Assembly (NCBI GenBank): GCA_964343575.1
Contig: CAYFJV010000001.1
Span: 200,705 to 224,704, forward strand
Direction of reading: 5' to 3'
DNA length: 24,000 bases
Origin: an uncultured Methanosarcinales archaeon
GTDB lineage: Archaea > Nanobdellota > Nanobdellia > Woesearchaeales > GW2011-AR9
Made by a program: the position numbers and the translations under genes. Below are positions 13,119 to 20,781 of this stretch, one piece after another. Positions within the stretch are counted from its first letter, which is position 1; every line of letters starts with the position of its first letter. The notes under the pieces were generated by a model. That model was not told the DNA's origin, ran no database searches, and saw only the letters and a list, made by a program, of their open reading frames with translations.

Positions 13119-14507
13119 TCACACTACATTAAAGACGCCAGGTCCTGCCATACCCATACCACAACTAAAGATTAACCTTCCAGATTCTTCTGGAGTGAAA
13201 GTAATTGTTAAAGATTCGTCCTGAGGCAACTGCTCAGTAATCCCTAAAGCAGGAATGCTAATTATCTGAGCGCAACCAACTGCCGCACTTCCATCTATTT
13301 GCCACTCAACTGGTACTCCTTTCTGGATTGTAAACTCGGCTGGAAAGTAATCAAGACCCCTTACTTCTAGTTCCACAATTTGCTTTTCAGGAAGCTCACC
13401 GTTTCCAGCAAAAATTTCTTCTGATCCCAACTCTAAACTTTGGCCTTGGACAAAAGGTAAAGAGAAATCTCCTGAAGCTCCCACAAGCACAAGGCCAGGA
13501 CTGATATTAAAAATCCCAAGCACAATCACTAAGACCGCTGAAAAGGTTGTAAAATATTGTTTTGTTTTTCCTTTTGAGAAACTAGAGAGAGCTCCAACTC
13601 CAATAAGAGAAGGAAGTGTTCCCAAGGCAAAGATAAACATAACCATCATTCCAGTAAAAGGATCCCCTCTTCCTAGGACGTAAAGCTGAAGTGCTTGAGT
13701 GAAACCACAAGGTAAGAAAAAAGTGGATGCTCCAAAAAGAAAAGCCCCCACCATTCCGGAGTTTTCTCCTTGGGAAGAATCGAAGAGCTTATGTGCAACA
13801 CTTTTTGGCATTTTTAATTGTATTTTACTTAACCAAGGAGAGATTTGTAGGAGCTGCAAACCCATAATAATCATAAGGGCACTTGCTGCTAAAGTGATAA
13901 TACCACTCGCCGTTGAGGAAAGGGTAAGCACAGATCCTAAAGCTCCAATTGCTGCACCAAGAATTGCGTAGGAGACAAGTCTTCCAATGTTAAAGGAGAT
14001 GTGTGGTCTAAATCTTTGCTGGGCAGTCAAATGAGGGTTTGCTTCATTGTACTTGTTTGCTACTGCTAAAAGTAGGCCCCCCGCTACTGCAAGGCAAGTA
14101 GAAGTCGCTGCCACTAAACCAATCAGAAAGACAAAACCATAACTCATATTTTCAGTTACTCCAATTCCTTTGGGGAGAAGATCAAACTGAGTTAAGATAA
14201 AATAAGCAGCTGCCATAAATAAAAGCACCGCAGCAATTTCTGCATACTTCTTTTTGTTTTTAACAATGAAAGCAGGTCTTACCGGGTTATCAATGGTATC
14301 CTCTGCTATCAGGAAGTACTCTGTTCCAGAAAGAAGAGCTTGTAGATCTTCTAATTCAGTAGAATCTTTACAGTACACCTCAAGTGTTTCTTTTGCTCGA
14401 TTTACTCTTGCTTTACTTACTAAGTTGCTCTTTTTGAGCTTTCTCTCAAGGATGACTTCACAACTGGCGCAAGTCATTCCTTTTACTTTTGTTTTAATTG
14501 TTTTCAT
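13119..14507 (-). CDS. HMA domain / DsbD_2 (UreH-like) polytopic permease / C-terminal cupredoxin-like fusion protein (putative copper handling)
   Basis: 462 aa. N-terminal VKGMTCASC HMA domain. About 6-8 TM helices with TSTCLAVAGG and FFLPCGFTQAL motifs. C-terminal FTIQKGVPVEWQIDG...CAQ...TITFTPEESGRLIFSCGMGMAG resembles the cupredoxin_1 pattern. Confidence 0.8.
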   Translation of the reverse strand: MKTIKTKVKGMTCASCEVILERKLKKSNLVSKARVNRAKETLEVYCKDSTELEDLQALLSGTEYFLIAEDTIDNPVRPAFIVKNKKKYAEIAAVLLFMAAAYFILTQFDLLPKGIGVTENMSYGFVFLIGLVAATSTCLAVAGGLLLAVANKYNEANPHLTAQQRFRPHISFNIGRLVSYAILGAAIGALGSVLTLSSTASGIITLAASALMIIMGLQLLQISPWLSKIQLKMPKSVAHKLFDSSQGENSGMVGAFLFGASTFFLPCGFTQALQLYVLGRGDPFTGMMVMFIFALGTLPSLIGVGALSSFSKGKTKQYFTTFSAVLVIVLGIFNISPGLVLVGASGDFSLPFVQGQSLELGSEEIFAGNGELPEKQIVELEVRGLDYFPAEFTIQKGVPVEWQIDGSAAVGCAQIISIPALGITEQLPQDESLTITFTPEESGRLIFSCGMGMAGPGVFNVV

Positions 14508-14533
14508 ATTTGAGTATCACCATGAGTGGTTAA

Positions 14534-14576
14534 TTTTGAAACAGCTTATCTACTTTGACTGAAACTAGTTTCAAAA
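14534..14576. promoter_or_regulatory. candidate operator: palindrome TGAAACTAGTTTCA (14560-14573) plus a third GTTTCA half-site (TTTTGAAAC at 14534-14542) overlapping a weak TATA
   Basis: Perfect 6-2-6 palindrome in the 77-nt gap between the copA stop and the start of the HMA-permease gene. TTTTGAAAC and GTTTCAAAA also form a 9-bp inverted repeat. Confidence 0.35.
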
Positions 14577-14584
14577 CACTTGTT

Positions 14585-16798
14585 TTAGAGCTTTTTTGTC
14601 TTAAGCAAGAGCGCATTTGAGATCACACTTACCGAGCTTAAAGCCATTGCTCCTCCTGCGATCATTGGATTGAGCATCCAGCCAGTAAATGGATAGAGAA
14701 GACCCGCAGCAATTGGTATTCCTAATATGTTGTAAAAGAGAGCCCAGAACATGTTCTGTCTAATCTTTGCCATAGTAAGCTTGCTGAGCCGAATTGACCT
14801 TGGTACATCTAAAAGATTGTTTCTCATAAGCACAATGTTTCCTGTCTCCATCGCAACATCTGTTCCTGAGCCCATGGCAATGCCGATATCGGCTTGAGCT
14901 AGTGCGGGAGCGTCATTTATTCCATCGCCAACCATTGCAACAGTACCCTTTCTTTGTAACTTCTTTACATATCTTGCTTTATCTTCAGGCATAACTTCAG
15001 CAAAGAAATGTTCTATGCCAACTCTTTTTGCGATTGCCCTCGCAGTTCTTTGATTATCTCCCGTGATCATGTATGGAGTAATCTTCATTCTTTTTAATGT
15101 AGAGATTGCTCTTTTGGAATCTTCTTTGAGTTCATCAGCAACAGCAATGACACCAAGAACCTTCTTGTTCTTAGCAAGGAGCATAGCTGTCTTTCCTTGC
15201 TCCTCTAATTTGAGCATAGTGCTTTCAAGTACTTTGAAAGATATTTTTTGCTTTTTCATAAGTTTCGTGTTCCCAATAAAGTATTGGCTTTTAGCAATCT
15301 TAGCTTTAACTCCCATACCAGTGATTGAGGTAAAGGAAGTTGCTTTCTTTAGTGAGATTCTTTTTTCTTTAGCTCTTGCAACAATTGCTTCAGCTAAAGG
15401 ATGCTCTGATTTTGATTCAATGCTTGCAGCAAGCGTGAGGAGTTCTTTTTCTGTAAGCCCCTTAACTCCTTTGTTGGTTATAACATCTGTTACTTCTGGT
15501 TTCCCTTTAGTGATAGTTCCAGTTTTATCAAAGATGACAAACTTGATTTTGTGAGCAAGTTCTAGTGCATCTCCGCCTTTAATCAGAATTCCCTTCTGAG
15601 CCCCCTTCCCGGTTCCCACCATAATTGCAGTGGGTGTTGCAAGCCCTAATGCGCAAGGACAAGCGATCACCAGTACCGCAACAGCAGCTACAAGTGCAAA
15701 ACTAAACTCTGCTTGAACCAGTGAAAACCAAACCATAAGTGTTATGAGAGAGATGAGTATGACAATAGGGACAAAGTAAGAGGAGATTCTATCTGCAAAT
15801 CTTTGAATGGGTGCTTTCTTTGTTTGAGCATCCTCAATAAGTTTAATGATTCTCGAAAGTGTTGTCTGCGCGCCAACCCTTGTTGCTTTCATCACAAAGT
15901 GTCCCTTCTTATTGAGCGTTGAGCCAATAACAAGGTCTCCTTTTTTCTTTTGCACAGGTATGCTCTCTCCAGTGACCATACTCTCATTGACAAAAGAAGA
16001 CCCTTCAACAATGACACCATCAACAGGAATTTTTGCTCCTGGCTTTACGATGACTTTGTCTCCCTTAACCACTTCATCTATAGGTATCTGAAGCTCTTTT
16101 CTCTTTCTGATAACTGTAGCTGTTTTTGCTCCAATCTTCATGAGTTTAGTAATTGCTTCACTGGTTCTTCCCTTTGCGAGGGCTTCAAGATATTTTCCTA
16201 ATAAGACAAGCGTGATGAGCACCGCACTAGTTTCAAAATACTGGTGTCCATGCTCAAGGAAAAGAACTGCATACACGGAATAGAAATAAGCAGCGCTTGT
16301 TCCCAAAGCGATGAGAGAGTCCATGTTTGCGGTTTTATTTTTTAGTGCAGCCCAAGCTCCTTTATAGAAAGTTGCTCCAAAATAGAACTGAATTGGCGTT
16401 GCAAGAAGCCAGAGAATGTAGTCCTGAAAGGGAATTGGATTTTTCATAAATAGCATCCCAAGGATGAGTGCAGGAAGGGCAAAGATTGAGCTGAGGAAAA
16501 CTTTCCTTTTCAATTGTTCTAACTCCCTTTGTTTTTTTAGGGTTTGTTTTTTGTAACTTACTCCTCGATCAAGGTAAGCTTGATACCCTTTTGCTTTGAT
16601 TGTTTTGATTATTTCTTTAGTATTGATGATTTTAGGATCATACTCAACAGAAGCTTTCTCAGTAGAATAGTTAACAGTTGCATTTTTTATGCCTTCTTTT
16701 TTCTTGAGTGCTCTTGTAATTACTGCAACACAGCTAGCACAATGCATTCCAGAAACTTTGAAGGTTCTCTTCTCTATGCTTTTCTTTGCTTTATTCAT
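14585..16798 (-). CDS. copA: copper-translocating P1B-1-type ATPase
   Basis: 737 aa. N-terminal HMA (GMHCASC), TGES, CPC (ACPCALGLATP), DKTGT, GDGINDAP, and the Cu(I) TM signatures YN (FYNILGIP) and MxxSS (MALSSVSV). Confidence 0.95.
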   Translation of the reverse strand: MNKAKKSIEKRTFKVSGMHCASCVAVITRALKKKEGIKNATVNYSTEKASVEYDPKIINTKEIIKTIKAKGYQAYLDRGVSYKKQTLKKQRELEQLKRKVFLSSIFALPALILGMLFMKNPIPFQDYILWLLATPIQFYFGATFYKGAWAALKNKTANMDSLIALGTSAAYFYSVYAVLFLEHGHQYFETSAVLITLVLLGKYLEALAKGRTSEAITKLMKIGAKTATVIRKRKELQIPIDEVVKGDKVIVKPGAKIPVDGVIVEGSSFVNESMVTGESIPVQKKKGDLVIGSTLNKKGHFVMKATRVGAQTTLSRIIKLIEDAQTKKAPIQRFADRISSYFVPIVILISLITLMVWFSLVQAEFSFALVAAVAVLVIACPCALGLATPTAIMVGTGKGAQKGILIKGGDALELAHKIKFVIFDKTGTITKGKPEVTDVITNKGVKGLTEKELLTLAASIESKSEHPLAEAIVARAKEKRISLKKATSFTSITGMGVKAKIAKSQYFIGNTKLMKKQKISFKVLESTMLKLEEQGKTAMLLAKNKKVLGVIAVADELKEDSKRAISTLKRMKITPYMITGDNQRTARAIAKRVGIEHFFAEVMPEDKARYVKKLQRKGTVAMVGDGINDAPALAQADIGIAMGSGTDVAMETGNIVLMRNNLLDVPRSIRLSKLTMAKIRQNMFWALFYNILGIPIAAGLLYPFTGWMLNPMIAGGAMALSSVSVISNALLLKTKKL

Positions 16799-17132
16799 TT
16801 TTGTTCTTTCTTAACTTCTTTTTTTCCTTCTCTGCTTTGAGAATCTTACAACAATACTCTTTCATGTGATCATCAATAAATTCTAGAAGTGGTTTGATGG
16901 TTTTCTTATTCACTGTGTAATAGCGGTACTTTCCTTCCTTCTCCTTAAAGACCATTCCATGGTATTCTAAAATCTTTAGATTATGCGAGACCATGGTTTG
17001 CTCAAAGTTTGTTGCTTTGCAGATCTCACCCACATTTTTTCTTCCTTCTCTGAGGACGTTGATTATTTGAAGTCGATTTGGATTTGCTAGGGCGCCGAAG
17101 AAAAACTTGTAGGTTTCAATGCTGTGTTTCAT
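16791..17132 (-). CDS. ArsR/SmtB-family metalloregulator
   Basis: LANPNRLQIINVLREGRKNVGEICKATNFEQTMVSHNLKILEYHGMV...YYTV is an ArsR-type wHTH. Its stop overlaps the copA ATG by 8 nt (ATGAATAA). I prefer the start at 17132 (MKHSIETY), which lies about 25 nt from the TATA GATTTAAATAAC. The longer ORF reaches 17150. Confidence 0.85.
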   Translation of the reverse strand: MKHSIETYKFFFGALANPNRLQIINVLREGRKNVGEICKATNFEQTMVSHNLKILEYHGMVFKEKEGKYRYYTVNKKTIKPLLEFIDDHMKEYCCKILKAEKEKKKLRKNKNE

Positions 17133-17170
17133 AAGTGAGGGATTTTTCATATGTTATTTAAATCTTTTGT

Positions 17171-17596
17171 TTGAAATGTGCTGTACATTTTTTATATTTG
17201 GAATGGAACATAGCTTTTGTGACAAGAGAAAGAGAGCCAAAGTTTGTAGACCGTGCTGCTTTTGAAAGGGTTGTGAACCCAGGGGATTTAGTTCTCTTGG
17301 TGTTAGATAATGATGGGAGAGGAACCTTTGGTGGACCCATTCAATTAACTGGCCTGTATTGTCCTTCCGAGCAGAGGGAAGATCTTGGGGAAGTACGACC
17401 AACAGGGACTTATTGTTTAGAAGAAGAGAATATTATTGGGATTTACACAGAGGGTACAATTCATCCATTTTCCTACAGAGGTGTTCTTTCTTTTCTTGTT
17501 CCTCTCAGAAGAGAGCAAATACTAGCCCACCTAAAGAGAAACTTTAAAGTGGAAGTTGCGAGTGCTTACGAAGAAAGGTTTTGGGAAAGAGAGTAA
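17171..17596 (+). CDS. hypothetical Arg-rich protein; start uncertain (TTG 17171 or GTG 17219)
   Basis: Only long ORF in this interval. A TTTTTATATT box at 17189-17198 lies about 25 nt before the in-frame GTG at 17219, which would give 125 aa. No family recognised. Confidence 0.5.
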   Translation: MKCAVHFLYLEWNIAFVTREREPKFVDRAAFERVVNPGDLVLLVLDNDGRGTFGGPIQLTGLYCPSEQREDLGEVRPTGTYCLEEENIIGIYTEGTIHPFSYRGVLSFLVPLRREQILAHLKRNFKVEVASAYEERFWERE

Positions 17597-17616
17597 ATTG
17601 TTCTTTCAAGAGGCTT

Positions 17617-17630
17617 AAAACTTATAAAGG
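17617..17630 (+). promoter_or_regulatory. TATA-like box AAAACTTATAAAGG for the J-domain gene
   Basis: Centred 27 nt upstream of the ATG at 17651, consistent with a leaderless transcript. Confidence 0.45.
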
Positions 17631-17650
17631 GGGCTTTTGTTTTTCTGTTT

Positions 17651-18187
17651 ATGACTACAATGCGTGTAAAAGGACATGAGTTTCCTGTTTTGAAGATTAG
17701 TAGCTCTTCTTCTCGGCGGGCTGTATTGTTTAAGAATAATATTATTGCTTCGCTTAAGAAGTTAAGCATTCATGAAGATGATATTGAAGTTCCTTTAGAG
17801 CGTTTAGCTATTCGTCGAGTGCCTGCAAAGGCAGAGTGGTATTTAGATGGCTCTTTTTGTCAATTTGATTATGCGCTTGGAAAGAATTATTTGGAAAATC
17901 TTTATGTTGTCTCTAAAGTTATTGAGTTAGAAGTAGCTGAGCTGCTTTCTGGTGCTAAGAGTGAAGATAAATTTATCTTTGGCTTTAGTGAGAAGGATGA
18001 CTTTGTTGCTGAGCGTAAGAAAGCTCGCGAGCTTCTTGGCGTTGCTGCTGATTGTAAAGATATGCAAGAGATCAATGCTGCGTATAAGAAGCTTGCTCGG
18101 CAGAATCATCCTGATATGGGTGGGGATATGGAGAAGTTTAAGCAGATCAATAATGCGCATAAAGTATTGAAGAGAGAGTTGGAGTAA
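17651..18187 (+). CDS. protein with C-terminal J domain (type III DnaJ-like) and N-terminal domain of unknown family
   Basis: 178 aa. The last ~60 aa, ARELLGVAADCKDMQEINAAYKKLARQNHPDMGGDMEKFKQINNAHKVLKRELE, carry the HPD tripeptide and flanking helices of a J domain. No G/F region or zinc finger. Confidence 0.8.
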   Translation: MTTMRVKGHEFPVLKISSSSSRRAVLFKNNIIASLKKLSIHEDDIEVPLERLAIRRVPAKAEWYLDGSFCQFDYALGKNYLENLYVVSKVIELEVAELLSGAKSEDKFIFGFSEKDDFVAERKKARELLGVAADCKDMQEINAAYKKLARQNHPDMGGDMEKFKQINNAHKVLKRELE

Positions 18188-18200
18188 AGGAGAAAAAGCT

Positions 18201-18932
18201 TTAGCAAAGGTGCTCCCTATAAAACTGCCTTGCTTGATTTTCAGTATCTGCAAGCGTTCTTCCAGCATCTATGTAGGTTACTCTTACACCTTGACCTTCA
18301 AAGAGTAATCTAAGTTCATCACTTCTATAATGGGGGTTTATTTTTCTTTGGAACTCAGGAACCTCAAATTCACAATCATCTGCTTTTAGCCTTCCATCCA
18401 ATCTTCTCATTGCTTCATCTGCATCCTGAATCGTAGGGATTACTAAATGATCCATTGGATGAGAGAAGCAAAAAGCGTTCCCGGGGATTGCTAAAATTTC
18501 ATCTGTGCTAAAAGGAAGTCCAGCATCTTCTGCACTTTGTCTTTGATACACCAAAGTTGTCGAAAGTGACCTGCTTTGAAAGACGTGAACTCCTGCTTCC
18601 AATGCGGGAAGAACTAAACGTTCATAAAGGATTCTTCTATCTAAGGCATAAGCTTCAGCAACAGTTCTTGGATCATAGCTCCTCCCATTTTTTCCGATGA
18701 GTTCGGTTCTGATGTGCCTCCCAATTCCTGCAAAAGTTGGCTCAGAAGTCATGATCACATCTGCCGAAGAAATATCTACCAAGCTTGGGTTATAATCGTT
18801 TTCTCTCCAGAACTCATGTACATCAAAAACTTCTTTTCCATCACGTCTTGCTTCTTCTGCAAAGATACGTAGGGGAACTCCTTTCCCTACGCCATCAATG
18901 CCGTCAACAACAACAAATATTCCCCTTGCCAT
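18201..18932 (-). CDS. tmk: thymidylate kinase-like protein with non-canonical P-loop
   Basis: 243 aa. FVVVDGIDGVGKGV aligns with the Tmk P-loop (E/D)GxDGxGK(T/S)T but has Gly after the Lys. ALDRR corresponds to the DR(Y/H) motif. Lies 15 nt downstream of thyX-like on the same strand. Confidence 0.7.
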   Translation of the reverse strand: MARGIFVVVDGIDGVGKGVPLRIFAEEARRDGKEVFDVHEFWRENDYNPSLVDISSADVIMTSEPTFAGIGRHIRTELIGKNGRSYDPRTVAEAYALDRRILYERLVLPALEAGVHVFQSRSLSTTLVYQRQSAEDAGLPFSTDEILAIPGNAFCFSHPMDHLVIPTIQDADEAMRRLDGRLKADDCEFEVPEFQRKINPHYRSDELRLLFEGQGVRVTYIDAGRTLADTENQARQFYREHLC

Positions 18933-18947
18933 CTGTACACCACAACT

Positions 18948-20627
18948 TTATTCTAAATCAACAGAACCATCAAGTCCCAATGCCAGGTTTTTCCCAGCAA
19001 TCCTTGATTGTTCTCTCGCCCTTGCTATCTTGTTTCCAGGATCAGAATGATCAACAAACTCGAGCATATCCTCCAACCATGGTTCCCTCTCTGTGGCTTG
19101 CCTTACCATTTCCTGAGTCATTGCTCGATAACTTGGGTGTCCAGCTGGTTGTGTTCTAAGCTCTCCAAGATGTTGCATCTCCCTAGGAACCATTCCCATC
19201 ATCCAACGGATACGATGATTAAAAAGGGTCACGTACTGTGACGCTGCTTCTAACCCTTTTCTTCTTAATTCTCCGTTAAGATCCTCAACCTGAGAAACAA
19301 GATCTAAAACTTCTTGCTCTAAACCAACTTCTCCTACTTCTGGAGGTAGGATAAACCCTAAACCAACACCAAGTTGTTGTCGTTGTTGTGTTAACATACG
19401 ATGTCTTTCAAGGTCTCGATACTCTGCAAAGCCACCGACAAGATCATAAGTCAAGGGGTAACCTCCCTCTAACCCTCTTGGAGTTCTATCTCTTCTAGTT
19501 TTACGATCTCCTCGATAAGCGATTAAAATTTCTCTTTTTCTTTCTTCAGGCATTTTGCCAACTTCATCAAGAATCTGCGCTAATGAAAGATGACTATAAG
19601 GGAAGAGCGCTGAAGCAGTTACCTCATCAATAAGGTCAGCTCTTCGCACAAGAGTAACATCATGCGCTGTAGGTGTAATTCCCTTGAATAGGCCATCAAC
19701 CAAAGTACGCATTCGCTGATGTCTTAAAGCAATGTTTGGATCATTTCTTGTCCTCTTTACATAAGTTGGGATTACTTTATCAAGCTCTCTTTGAATTTTA
19801 ACTGCCCTCTCTCTTTCCTCAGCAAGTTCACTTGACATTAGGGTTGAAATGAGGTGTGTAAGGTATCTTCCATTACCGAAGACACCCAAATGAGTTAATG
19901 TCGAAGAAGGAAGTACACATCTTCCAATATCAAGGGCTGCGCAACGGATGGTGAAGCGATAGCCATTTCTGAACTCAGCTCTCTCTCTATCTGTTTGTAA
20001 TCCAGATTCTCCCACCATTACTTTTCTTCCATCCCTGATCAGAGGAATTCTGAACTGATCTCTTGGAAAGACTCTTCTAAAATAATCAACTAGGGTTCCG
20101 GATCTAGGTTTTCCAACAAGTCTAGAATAAACTTCAAAAGCCCTATCCATAACAGCTTCATATCTTTGCATAAGTCCTGCTTCTGCAACTTCTTTTGGTC
20201 TGAGATATCTCCACCTTCCGTCTGGTCCCTTTACATCATAGCGAACATAACGTGTAGATTGCTCAATAGGAGATCCACCGATTCTTCTGTCCTCTATTGT
20301 TTTAGTCATAAGTTGAGTTACATTTTCAATACCAAGATGGACCCCTTCCAACTCACCAACAGATTCGTCGCCAAAAGCATTGAGGACACGGTCCATTACT
20401 TCTGTTCCTCTCACTGCACTTGGGTTTCCTTCCTCATCTAAGAATTCTCTAACAAGAGTTAATTGTAAACCAGTAGATGCTCGAGAATAGCGAGCCATTG
20501 TTCCTCCCGTTAGCTCAGGAGGAAGGCCATGAATAACAAAAGTATCTCCTCCAACATTTGTGACATAATTAGCTAATTTTGCAAGAATATGACCTGGTAC
20601 TTCATCCAAAGAATTATATTTTACCAT
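18948..20627 (-). CDS. thyX: FAD-dependent thymidylate synthase ThyX-like, tandem-duplicated (559 aa)
   Basis: The C-terminal half has ERHRMLTQQRQ (the RHR of the ThyX motif) and LFNHRIRWMMGM...LGELRTQPAGH, comparable to NARSL...LRADSHAQ in T. maritima ThyX. The N-terminal half has EDRRIGGSPIEQSTRYV (the SxRY part of the motif). Confidence 0.8.
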   Translation of the reverse strand: MVKYNSLDEVPGHILAKLANYVTNVGGDTFVIHGLPPELTGGTMARYSRASTGLQLTLVREFLDEEGNPSAVRGTEVMDRVLNAFGDESVGELEGVHLGIENVTQLMTKTIEDRRIGGSPIEQSTRYVRYDVKGPDGRWRYLRPKEVAEAGLMQRYEAVMDRAFEVYSRLVGKPRSGTLVDYFRRVFPRDQFRIPLIRDGRKVMVGESGLQTDRERAEFRNGYRFTIRCAALDIGRCVLPSSTLTHLGVFGNGRYLTHLISTLMSSELAEERERAVKIQRELDKVIPTYVKRTRNDPNIALRHQRMRTLVDGLFKGITPTAHDVTLVRRADLIDEVTASALFPYSHLSLAQILDEVGKMPEERKREILIAYRGDRKTRRDRTPRGLEGGYPLTYDLVGGFAEYRDLERHRMLTQQRQQLGVGLGFILPPEVGEVGLEQEVLDLVSQVEDLNGELRRKGLEAASQYVTLFNHRIRWMMGMVPREMQHLGELRTQPAGHPSYRAMTQEMVRQATEREPWLEDMLEFVDHSDPGNKIARAREQSRIAGKNLALGLDGSVDLE

Positions 20628-20747
20628 TTTTCCAACCCCAAAACCTTCTCTAACCCACTCTGGAAAAGTGGTTTAAATACTTTGTTAGTCTCCTTTATCC
20701 ATAAAAAGAAAAAAAGCCCTACCCAAAGATCTATTCTCAAGGAAATA

Positions 20748-20762
20748 AACGATTATAAGCTT
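20748..20762 (+). promoter_or_regulatory. TATA-like box ACGATTATAAGCTTA for dcd
   Basis: Centred 27 nt upstream of the ATG at 20782. Sits in the 154-nt divergent region shared with thyX-like. Confidence 0.45.
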
Positions 20763-20781
20763 AATTTTTTTCTCCCACCCT

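Noticed and set aside
17203-17265. Cys-rich 20-aa mini-ORF MEHSFCDKRKRAKVCRPCCF in the arsR-divergent region
   Set aside because: It starts only ~8 nt after the TATA-like box, has no Shine-Dalgarno sequence, and overlaps out of frame with the longer ORF. I cannot support it from sequence.
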